This document shows, piece by piece, positions 56,615-64,000 of a stretch of DNA of 64,000 bases. The stretch lies in IMG/VR virus record IMGVR_UViG_3300010158_000057, one strand, 5' to 3'. This DNA is from an uncultured virus (IMG/VR IMGVR_UViG_3300010158_000057). Taxonomy: Duplodnaviria > Heunggongvirae > Uroviricota > Caudoviricetes. The notes under the pieces are model-generated. The model made no database searches. It saw only the letters and a list, made by a program, of their open reading frames with translations, and was not told where the DNA came from. The first letter of the stretch is position 1; each line of letters begins with the position of its first letter. The position numbers were made by a program, and so were the translations under genes.

Positions 56615-58267
56615 TTAAAATGGGTAGTTTACTTGACCTGGAATAAATTTACCATCGTCTATAATGATTATATCTCTTGGTGTAGGTGGTTCTTTAGCTA
56701 CTTTAAGAACTGGAAAGTTTTGTATCGGCATACCATAGTTTGAATTTAGTGTTAAATTATTTCTAAGATCAGTAGGAGCATTAATATTGGATATGGCTCT
56801 CATATTAACGTTAGTTGTAGTATTGCCTCTTAAAAAGTTGGATCGTGATGGATTATTAGAGTCTGGTTTAGGAACAGGTGAGCTAATAGAACCATTATGG
56901 TTCTGAAATGAACCGTCTGGCAAAAACACCCCATCTGTATAATTTAATTGTCCATCATTATTAGATGCTTTCTTTGGACCTCTACCAGAATTTCCTTCAG
57001 AAGAACCACCTCCTCCTTCTGGATCACAAGTCCAAATTATATCTGAATCTGCTAATCCGCTAGAGCCAAAAGAAGGCTCGCTTAAAGCTGTAATAGCCGC
57101 TTCTGCTTCACTTGCAGCTAAAACCCCCAAAAAAGCAATCAAGGGTTTAAGTCTTGATAAACATGGCCCTAATCTTGCTAATGTTTGTGCGCTAATTTTC
57201 CCTCCGGCTTTTAAAAGCTCCAAAAATTTTTGTCCAACAACGCTGTTACTAGAAACTGTCTTTCCACTATTTATCAGTGTCTGTGTTTCTTTACATATTT
57301 TTTCGATAGTTCCAGTCAATATTCTTTCTGCTGTATCTTTTATCTTTTTTGGATCTTTATATATTACTTCGATCACTGTTTTTCCGTTTACTGTTGTTAT
57401 CTTATATTCTTTGACAAGACTTTTAGCTCTCTCGAAAGTCTGGATATCTCTTAATAATGGATTATTATTTTTTTGAGTTTCCAAACCAGCTTCAATAAAC
57501 TTTTTGAGTTCATCTGAAGAAAGGGTTCTGAGGTCTATCTGGGTAGGTGGAGGTGGTGTTGATCCAAAAAGACCGCCAAAAAGACCAGCTAAAACGCCAG
57601 CCTTAAGTGTTGGACTAGCATCTACATAGTTGGTGTCTGTAATAGTTGTACAATCTTCTGTTACTACATCTACGCATTTCCAAGATATCTTGTAGTCAGA
57701 ATACGCTGTTTTAGCATTATTGCAATCGTTTTCGTCTCTGCCACTAACGTCTTCAATAGGTCCTTGTGTTCCGCAAGGATTCATAACAGAAGAACTAATA
57801 GGATGACTACCTCCTGGATTACTTGTTGGATGTCCGTTAATGGTGGTCCAACTATCTAGAACATGAGAGCTTCCATCGGAACAATTTAGTATCAATCTCA
57901 TATATCCAGTATATCCATATGGATAAGGAGGATTCCAAGAAGAGGGAGCGCCATCTAAAGTAACGGTCTGGGTAGTTGGATCATATGATGTGGTTGTGGA
58001 ACTCCTCCATCCTCCTATATAGTCATATCCTCCATATCCGGAATCTCCTACTTCTGTAACTCTCCAAGAAGAAGGGGTTACTGGATTTTTAGGACCGTCG
58101 TTAACACAACTACAGCTTTGCACCGTTTTGGGTTCACATACTGTTCTATTGGTAACTATTGGGCATTGAGGAGGGGTAAAACCCCCACCACCACTACTGC
58201 TACAAGAGCCACTACCGCCGCCTGGTTTTGGGGACGGAACCAGAGGATCATCAAACATTATTGGCAT
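56615..58267 (-). CDS. Hypothetical protein with a Cys-rich N-terminal half and Gly/Ser linkers
   Basis: 550 aa; AGGAG SD. Confidence 0.8.
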   Translation of the reverse strand: MPIMFDDPLVPSPKPGGGSGSCSSSGGGGFTPPQCPIVTNRTVCEPKTVQSCSCVNDGPKNPVTPSSWRVTEVGDSGYGGYDYIGGWRSSTTTSYDPTTQTVTLDGAPSSWNPPYPYGYTGYMRLILNCSDGSSHVLDSWTTINGHPTSNPGGSHPISSSVMNPCGTQGPIEDVSGRDENDCNNAKTAYSDYKISWKCVDVVTEDCTTITDTNYVDASPTLKAGVLAGLFGGLFGSTPPPPTQIDLRTLSSDELKKFIEAGLETQKNNNPLLRDIQTFERAKSLVKEYKITTVNGKTVIEVIYKDPKKIKDTAERILTGTIEKICKETQTLINSGKTVSSNSVVGQKFLELLKAGGKISAQTLARLGPCLSRLKPLIAFLGVLAASEAEAAITALSEPSFGSSGLADSDIIWTCDPEGGGGSSEGNSGRGPKKASNNDGQLNYTDGVFLPDGSFQNHNGSISSPVPKPDSNNPSRSNFLRGNTTTNVNMRAISNINAPTDLRNNLTLNSNYGMPIQNFPVLKVAKEPPTPRDIIIIDDGKFIPGQVNYPF

Positions 58268-58280
58268 AATTGTCTCCTAA

Positions 58281-59075
58281 TTATTGAAAATCTCCAAGAG
58301 AAAAATTTTTAATTAACATATAGTGGGTTTTATATTCATTATTTGCAGAAGAGACATTAAACTTATTTGGTACTGATGGTCTTTTTCTAGGATCAACAAT
58401 TTGATTATCTATAACAAAAGGATCCATAGATATTGCTAATTGTAAACCACTAGGAATTGGATTAGAGATTCCTTGATTAGAAATTATAGGTGTGCGATTG
58501 ATGCTATTTCCTGTTATTCTATTAAAGGTTTGATATCCAAGACCAAAGCCTGTCATGTCTATCTCAAAAATGCCAAATTTATCATTTGCTATAATAGTTG
58601 CGGAATTATTGTTTGATAAATCAATATTTGGCAATGGTGAGCTAGGACCTAAATCAAGCGGTTTGGAAAAAATCTCATAATCAGAAATTGAGCCTAAATT
58701 TCCTGTTGCTATGACTCTCATAAAACCAACAGCTTCTCCTTGCTGAAGAATTGAAAATGCGTCGTTTATGCTGTATGCTGTACCAGGATTTGTTATTGTA
58801 AAAGTTGTTTTAATTGGAGAAAAGAAAGGTTTGGCGGTAGCAACTATACCATCTGGATGTTCTGGTTGTGGAAAACTAATGGTTGTAGACTTGCTATAGT
58901 TATAACCATTACTTGTAACTTTAGTTTGCAATATAGATACAAACTGTGGTGGAATATTTAATTTTGTATACTCAAAGTATTTTGTGGTATTCTCTGGCCT
59001 ATGTGCATGTAGCCCACTTAAGGTTCTATTGCGAATTAAACCACTTATTGAATATCTATTACTACTATCAGCCAT
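58281..59075 (-). CDS. Hypothetical, probably structural protein with G-x-G/A-Y beta repeats
   Basis: VTSNGYNYS, ITNPGTAYS, TGFGLGY; similar to the GGSGY segment in the 1..965 gene. Confidence 0.7.
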   Translation of the reverse strand: MADSSNRYSISGLIRNRTLSGLHAHRPENTTKYFEYTKLNIPPQFVSILQTKVTSNGYNYSKSTTISFPQPEHPDGIVATAKPFFSPIKTTFTITNPGTAYSINDAFSILQQGEAVGFMRVIATGNLGSISDYEIFSKPLDLGPSSPLPNIDLSNNNSATIIANDKFGIFEIDMTGFGLGYQTFNRITGNSINRTPIISNQGISNPIPSGLQLAISMDPFVIDNQIVDPRKRPSVPNKFNVSSANNEYKTHYMLIKNFSLGDFQ

Positions 59076-59784
59076 TATAAACCTCCTCTACCAATTCTCG
59101 TGATTCATAACTATCTTGATCTAGTTTAAGAGTATAAACTAGTTCATTATTTAGTAAAGAACATTTATAAATTGATTTATTATTATTGTTTTTGAGCTCT
59201 TTAATGATATTGAATGAACTATCAACTAATAAGGAAAGGTATGACTTCTCAGTTGTTTGTCCTGTTACTATAAATTTGTCTTCATTAAAAACTTTATTTA
59301 ATTTGTAGATATAAACTAATCCCAAGTCAAACTCCTGGGGATTTGTGATTCCTTTTAATACTTTTCCGTTCTTGTTAGGATTGGCGTAGATTGGAATATC
59401 ATCAACGACTGTTCCTGTGAAAGTTTGCTGGATAACTGTAAAATTAGAAGTTTGAGAAGGATCTAGAGGCGAAATGTCCAAAGAACATAAATAATAAACT
59501 ATGGGAGTATTTGGCCCCTTATTAAATCCTGCTGTATAATATAGTTTATTGGAATATAGATGAGGATTACATTCTAGAATTACCTCTCCGTAATTCTCAA
59601 CGTTTGTTGGGGTAGTAATACTAACTTCTTCATTTGTAACATAATTTTTGTGGTAGATTTTCCATGGACGAATAGAATATTCTTTTCCAAAAACTAGTGT
59701 TCTTAATGAATCAGCATAACAATAAAGAAGGCATTTTTGGCCGCTATTGTTTGTATATAAGAATGGTTGACTACTATTGATCAT
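59068..59784 (-). CDS. Hypothetical protein
   Basis: 238 aa; AAGGAG SD; overlaps the next gene. Confidence 0.75.
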   Translation of the reverse strand: MINSSQPFLYTNNSGQKCLLYCYADSLRTLVFGKEYSIRPWKIYHKNYVTNEEVSITTPTNVENYGEVILECNPHLYSNKLYYTAGFNKGPNTPIVYYLCSLDISPLDPSQTSNFTVIQQTFTGTVVDDIPIYANPNKNGKVLKGITNPQEFDLGLVYIYKLNKVFNEDKFIVTGQTTEKSYLSLLVDSSFNIIKELKNNNNKSIYKCSLLNNELVYTLKLDQDSYESRELVEEVYNG

Positions 59785-59834
59785 AGACTCTCCTTATGAG
59801 AAGTTGTATCTTATTAAGATATACCCCAAAACTA

Positions 59835-60668
59835 TTAAGACGATAATGGAATTTCAGCAATTAGGGTATTTGATGAAGTTCCGTCGCTGTTATATAGTAT
59901 TATTCCATAACTTGCAACTTGTCCTCCTCCAACAGGATCTGGTCTTACTAAAATTGGTCCAAATATTACTCCTGTTGCTGCTCCTAATATTGCTTTTAAA
60001 GCTTTCAGAGCCCCGATTGCTGCTGAGGGTACTGGTCCAATAGGATTGAATGTTGGTGGAGGTCCTGGGGGAGGAACTCCAGGAGTAGTAAAATATCTAT
60101 ATACTGCCGTAGCTACTCCTCCTGAAATAACAGTTAATGGAATACCATAAGTCCACGGAGACGATGTATCTGTTGTTGTGGGAAAGGTCTCATTAATATT
60201 GGTATTTTCTACGGTTATTGGAGCATATTGATGTACTCTATTTAAACAAAGAGTTAGTTCGGGATGAAGAGCAGAAAAAGCTGTACATGAGTCTTGTAAA
60301 TCTTTCATAGAGTCATAGTGTACTGGAATAGCCCCAGGAGGATCAGAGTCACTAATATTACAAGCATTTACTCTTACCGTTCCTCCTCCTGCTCCAATTA
60401 GAGTTATCATGGGTTTTATAACTCTTATAGGAATTCCTGCAAATGACCTATTTGCAAAATAAGAATTACAGTTTGGCGCATTTAAAACTTGTCCACAAGG
60501 TCCAACAGTAGATTCTGGAGCGCCCTCTCCAACAGATGAGGTTCCTCCTGTACTATCACATTGTTGTTTAGTCACCCAATTAACAGTATTCCAACCGCCA
60601 ACTATACCATTACAGCTTATGCATTGCATTGGACTAAAAATAACACCAGGAGGTAATGGTTCTCTCAT
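59835..60668 (-). CDS. Hypothetical Cys/Pro-rich protein
   Basis: 277 aa; AGGAG SD. Confidence 0.75.
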   Translation of the reverse strand: MREPLPPGVIFSPMQCISCNGIVGGWNTVNWVTKQQCDSTGGTSSVGEGAPESTVGPCGQVLNAPNCNSYFANRSFAGIPIRVIKPMITLIGAGGGTVRVNACNISDSDPPGAIPVHYDSMKDLQDSCTAFSALHPELTLCLNRVHQYAPITVENTNINETFPTTTDTSSPWTYGIPLTVISGGVATAVYRYFTTPGVPPPGPPPTFNPIGPVPSAAIGALKALKAILGAATGVIFGPILVRPDPVGGGQVASYGIILYNSDGTSSNTLIAEIPLSS

Positions 60669-60712
60669 AATTATGGTTTCTCCTACTTATGGTAAATAAT
60701 AGCTAATAAAAT

Positions 60713-60718
60713 ATACAC
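60713..60718 (-). promoter_or_regulatory. Candidate late-promoter motif AGTGTA
   Basis: About 45 bp upstream of the 60668 start. Confidence 0.45.
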
Positions 60719-60758
60719 TATATCATAAGATAAAAACATGTGTTCTTAAAAAGAAGAT

Positions 60759-60787
60759 TTGACTATTGAGGCCTGACGCGTTAGAAT
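60759..60787 (+). promoter_or_regulatory. Sigma-70-type promoter for the 60822 gene and glmS
   Basis: TTGACT-N17-TAGAAT. Confidence 0.7.
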
Positions 60788-60821
60788 AAAAGTGTCTTAT
60801 GTCCCGAACCTGGAGAAAATT

Positions 60822-61133
60822 ATGAAAACTCTACTATGCTCTTTAACGTTGTTGCTTATGCTGGGAAACTTAGCCTCTGCTCAATATCCGGTAGTTACTC
60901 AAGCATGGGTTCCTATGGTGGTTAATACAACCCAATATGTTCCTTACAATTATGCTGTAACTAATTACTATACTACTATGGTTCCGGTAAATGTTCCAAA
61001 TGTTCAGTATTATCAAGCTCCGTTATATCGACCAATATCTGAGGTGACCCCGTATGCTCAAACCTACTTTCCGTCATGTTACTGGAATAGGCCGGTTTAT
61101 TATAACTATCGACAGTATCCTTATCGGTACTAA
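60822..61133 (+). CDS. Small exported Tyr/Pro/Val-rich protein
   Basis: GGAG SD before MKTLLCSLTLLLMLGNLASA-Q (signal peptide with an AxA site). Confidence 0.75.
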   Translation: MKTLLCSLTLLLMLGNLASAQYPVVTQAWVPMVVNTTQYVPYNYAVTNYYTTMVPVNVPNVQYYQAPLYRPISEVTPYAQTYFPSCYWNRPVYYNYRQYPYRY

Positions 61134-61139
61134 AAAACT

Positions 61140-62951
61140 ATGTGTGGTATAGTAGCTTACAAAGGCAAGCAGAAATGCTTGTCTTTTTTGCTTGATGGAC
61201 TTCAATCTCTGGAATATAGGGGTTATGATAGTGCTGGCATCTGCTATTTGGTCAACCAGACTTTAATAAATGTCAAACAGACTGGTAGCGTGGAAGATTT
61301 AAAAAAGGTTGTTAAAAACCCCCATATCGAAGCCTACAGCGGCATTGGCCACACCCGATGGGCCACCCACGGAAAGCCCTGTAAAAGGAATTCTCATCCT
61401 CATCTGACCAGCGACAATAAATTGGCCATAATCCACAATGGTATAATTGAGAATTACCAAGAATTAAAGGATAGTCTGGAGAAAAAGTATAAGTTCAAAA
61501 GCGACACTGATTCTGAAGTCCTTTTGTATCAAATATATGAATTTGTGCAGGAAGGAGAGGATATTTTAACGAGCGTCAAGTGCGCTCTTAGGAAAATTGT
61601 CGGGGCCTTTGCTATGGTGGTGTTGGGGGATAACGGTCAAATGATAGTGGCTCGAAAAGGAAGTCCTTTGGTAATAGGATTGGGGGTAAATGAGATAATG
61701 GTGGGGAGTGATAGTGGGGCTTTTGGTGATAGGGTAAGTTTGGGGCTGGTTTATTTAAAAGATAATAGTGTGGGGGAAATTACGGACAAATTGGCCGTAT
61801 ATGATCTTCATAACGATATAGAAATTGATTATGAGATTGAGCAGGTATATAATCATAATTTGAGGGTGGAAAAGGGAAGTTATGATAGTTTCATGCTTAA
61901 GGAGATTTTTGAGCAACCAAGGGTGATTGATGATTGCTTGAAGGGGCGACTTGATGGATACCGGATTAAATTGGGGGGATTGATTGGATATGAGAATTTA
62001 TTTAAAAAGGTAAAGCATATAACCATAGTGAGTTGTGGGTCAAGTTGGCATTCGTCTTTGATTGCAAAATATTATATTGAGGAATTTTGTAAAATTAAGG
62101 TGAGTGTGGAATATGCTAGTGAGTTCCGATATCGAAAGCCATGTATTGAGCAGGGGGATATTGTTGTTGGAGTTAGTCAAAGTGGGGAAACTGCAGATAC
62201 TATTAGTGCTTTAGAAATAGCAAAGATATATGGGGCGATTATTGTGGGGATTTGTAATGTTCCTAATTCTACCATATCAAGAATGACTGATTGTGGAATT
62301 TATTTGCGGGCTGGTGTGGAAGTGGGAGTTGCTAGTACTAAAGCTTTTACTAATCAGGTGGTTGTTTTATTGATGTTAAGTCTGTGGATTGAGCAGAACT
62401 TGGGGCTTATGGGTTTGGATCATAGAAAAACAATAATAGATGATTTGAGAGATTTGCCAGATTTGACTGAAAGATGTTTGAAGTGTTATGAGAATGTGGA
62501 ATTTTTAGCAGAGACGATGGTTGGAATGACTAATTGCTTGTTTTTGGGGCGCGGATATAATTTTCCAATAGCTCTTGAGGGGGCTCTTAAGTTAAAAGAG
62601 ATAAGTTATGTTCATGCTGAAGGATATCCGGCGGCGGAAATGAAACATGGACCTATTGCTTTGATAGATAAAAATATGCCAGTGATCGTTTTAGCTAATA
62701 ATGTGGGGCAGTATGGGAAGATGGTAAATAATGTTAGTGAGATAATGGCACGAGACGGTAAGGTGATAAGCATATTTTCTGAGAATGCTGGATTGGGGGA
62801 TTATAAGATAAGGGTGCCAATGGTGACTGATGCTTTGAGTCCACTGATGGGAATAGTTCCTTTGCAGCTATTTTCTTACTACTCGGCAGTTTTGAGGGGC
62901 AAAAACGTTGATAAGCCACGGAATTTAGCCAAAAGCGTGACTGTAGAATAA
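61140..62951 (+). CDS. glmS: Glutamine--fructose-6-phosphate aminotransferase (isomerizing)
   Basis: MCGI, LEYRGYDSAG, GIGHTRWATHG, SQSGETADT, VASTKAF, ALEGALKLKEISY, C-terminal PRNLAKSVTVE. Confidence 0.98.
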   Translation: MCGIVAYKGKQKCLSFLLDGLQSLEYRGYDSAGICYLVNQTLINVKQTGSVEDLKKVVKNPHIEAYSGIGHTRWATHGKPCKRNSHPHLTSDNKLAIIHNGIIENYQELKDSLEKKYKFKSDTDSEVLLYQIYEFVQEGEDILTSVKCALRKIVGAFAMVVLGDNGQMIVARKGSPLVIGLGVNEIMVGSDSGAFGDRVSLGLVYLKDNSVGEITDKLAVYDLHNDIEIDYEIEQVYNHNLRVEKGSYDSFMLKEIFEQPRVIDDCLKGRLDGYRIKLGGLIGYENLFKKVKHITIVSCGSSWHSSLIAKYYIEEFCKIKVSVEYASEFRYRKPCIEQGDIVVGVSQSGETADTISALEIAKIYGAIIVGICNVPNSTISRMTDCGIYLRAGVEVGVASTKAFTNQVVVLLMLSLWIEQNLGLMGLDHRKTIIDDLRDLPDLTERCLKCYENVEFLAETMVGMTNCLFLGRGYNFPIALEGALKLKEISYVHAEGYPAAEMKHGPIALIDKNMPVIVLANNVGQYGKMVNNVSEIMARDGKVISIFSENAGLGDYKIRVPMVTDALSPLMGIVPLQLFSYYSAVLRGKNVDKPRNLAKSVTVE

Positions 62952-63065
62952 TATAAAGTGGCTATTAAACCGGCCAATTATTATATGGGGGTCCTTATTG
63001 TTTATGTACCACCCCCGGATTGTCTCGCAATTTTCTGGGGTCCTTAATAAAACAGAAAAACCCCC

Positions 63066-63143
63066 CAAGTATATGGCAGATAAGGACTTATGTCTCATTT
63101 TGCGGGCCGCGTTTGATGTAAGTCTTTTGGTCCCAAGGGTTTA
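63066..63143. promoter_or_regulatory. Two imperfect copies of a TAAGTCCTT-N7-AAGGACTTA-like palindrome
   Basis: CAAGTATAT-GGCAGAT-AAGGACTTA (63066-63090) and TAAGTCTTT-TGGTCCC-AAGGGTTTA (63119-63143). Confidence 0.45.
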
Positions 63144-63188
63144 GAACGAAAACCGCGAACCTTACGGAAATGTAAGGAAACTTTCCAC

Positions 63189-63216
63189 TTGCAAACTACA
63201 GAATACTCTGTATAAT
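63189..63216 (+). promoter_or_regulatory. Sigma-70-type early promoter
   Basis: TTGCAA-N16-TATAAT. Confidence 0.6.
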
Positions 63217-63244
63217 GTCGATATAAGAACAAGAGGACAAGAAA

Positions 63245-63487
63245 ATGATCACCATCAACAATCGCGACGAACTGAACAACCTCCTCTATGGTGCTGATTC
63301 GACCAGCCCCGAAACCTTGGTTGGAATTGCTCGTATTGGCGGTGAGTTGCTCATCGAGGCTTTCCACTACTACGAACTGAGCGACGGGACCGCTTCCATC
63401 GGAGATTTCTTTCCCTGCGGCGATGAGGGCGAGGGAATTAATGTTGATCGTGACGGAAACATTCTTAGCGATTTTCTTTACTACTAA
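63245..63487 (+). CDS. Small acidic early-type hypothetical protein
   Basis: 80 aa; GAGG SD; own promoter. Confidence 0.75.
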   Translation: MITINNRDELNNLLYGADSTSPETLVGIARIGGELLIEAFHYYELSDGTASIGDFFPCGDEGEGINVDRDGNILSDFLYY

Positions 63488-63491
63488 GGTA

Positions 63492-63521
63492 TTGACAGCC
63501 GTCTAGCCGATAAGCTATAAT
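63492..63521 (+). promoter_or_regulatory. Sigma-70 consensus early promoter
   Basis: TTGACA-N18-TATAAT. Confidence 0.85.
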
Positions 63522-63558
63522 AGAGACACAAGAGAACGATAGGATAAAGGAAAAGAAA

Positions 63559-63726
63559 ATGACTTATTTCATTCAGGTTTTCGACGCTTGGGATTGTGAA
63601 ATCGACTTCATCGGCCCGTTCAATACTGAAAACGAAGCGTATGAAGCCGGTTGGAGCAAATGGGAGGGCGATGAAACTGCCTATGGTAGCCGAATCATCA
63701 AAAGGCTTCCGGCTTCCTCTCACTAA
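63559..63726 (+). CDS. Small acidic early-type protein (55 aa), not in the ORF track
   Basis: MTYFIQVFDAWDCEIDFIGPFNTENEAYEAGWSKWEGDETAYGSRIIKRLPASSH*; AAGG SD. Confidence 0.75.
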   Translation: MTYFIQVFDAWDCEIDFIGPFNTENEAYEAGWSKWEGDETAYGSRIIKRLPASSH

Positions 63727-63744
63727 AAAATATTTTCTAAGGTA

Positions 63745-63774
63745 TTGACAACCACCTAGTCTATACTGTATAAT
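63745..63774 (+). promoter_or_regulatory. Sigma-70 consensus early promoter
   Basis: TTGACA-N18-TATAAT. Confidence 0.85.
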
Positions 63775-63801
63775 AGAAAAACAAGAAAGAAAAGGAAAAA
63801 C

Positions 63802-64000
63802 ATGTTTGCAACAGCCTATAAGCCGGTAACGAATAACCTTGACAAGATTTTCTCTGCTATGCGAGCTGGCAAGTATCACTGCGTGCTCGACCCCAAGGGT
63901 AACGCTCATGTGGGCCTTATCAACGGTATCATGCGTGAGGATGGTAGCGGAAAAAACTGGATCGTAACTATCAATAGCAGACTGAGAAGTGAACAAGTGT
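63802..64000 (+). CDS. Partial early-type hypothetical protein (runs off the window)
   Basis: AAGGA SD; MFATAYKPVTNNLDKIFSAMRAGKYHCVLDPKG... with no stop before the end. Confidence 0.75.
   Translation, partial: MFATAYKPVTNNLDKIFSAMRAGKYHCVLDPKGNAHVGLINGIMREDGSGKNWIVTINSRLRSEQV

Noticed and set aside
60790..61140. glmS ribozyme upstream of glmS
   Set aside because: The upstream space is filled by a coding ORF ending 6 bp before glmS, and no ribozyme-like structure is evident.
63095..63996. Minus-strand ORFs 63095..63367 and 63484..63996
   Set aside because: They lie opposite plus-strand genes that have consensus promoters and SD sequences.

Overview
This window is the virion-morphogenesis (late) region of a large, AT-rich tailed dsDNA phage using the standard genetic code. 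Almost everything from 1 to 60.7 kb is on the minus strand. Read in gene order it runs: sigma-70-like factor, possible TerS, gmd, HNH, ERCC4 nuclease, TerL, portal, prohead protease/scaffold, decoration protein, major capsid protein, fibre and lectin-like proteins (with a sulfotransferase-like gene and a 2OG-Fe(II) oxygenase among them), head-tail joining genes, tail tube, chaperones, a 7,860-aa tape measure protein (TMP), then Thr/Pro- and Gly-rich proteins. After 60.8 kb transcription switches to the plus strand: glmS, then short early-type genes, each behind a sigma-70 consensus promoter. The standout is the TMP, which looks like a polyprotein. After a normal TMP N-terminus it carries about 2,200 aa of enzyme-like modules: two PD-(D/E)xK-like domains, two ADP-ribosyltransferase-fold domains, a P-loop kinase plus HIGH-type nucleotidyltransferase, a HAD phosphatase and an HExxH peptidase. 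Module junctions are marked by [FYML]xxGG motifs, and the protein has eight copies of a D(T/S/K)(V/I)PA(M/L)LxxG(E/D)FV box. A candidate late-promoter motif (RGTGTA) recurs upstream of eight late genes. All calls come from reading motifs by eye; no database searches were run, and domain boundaries are approximate.
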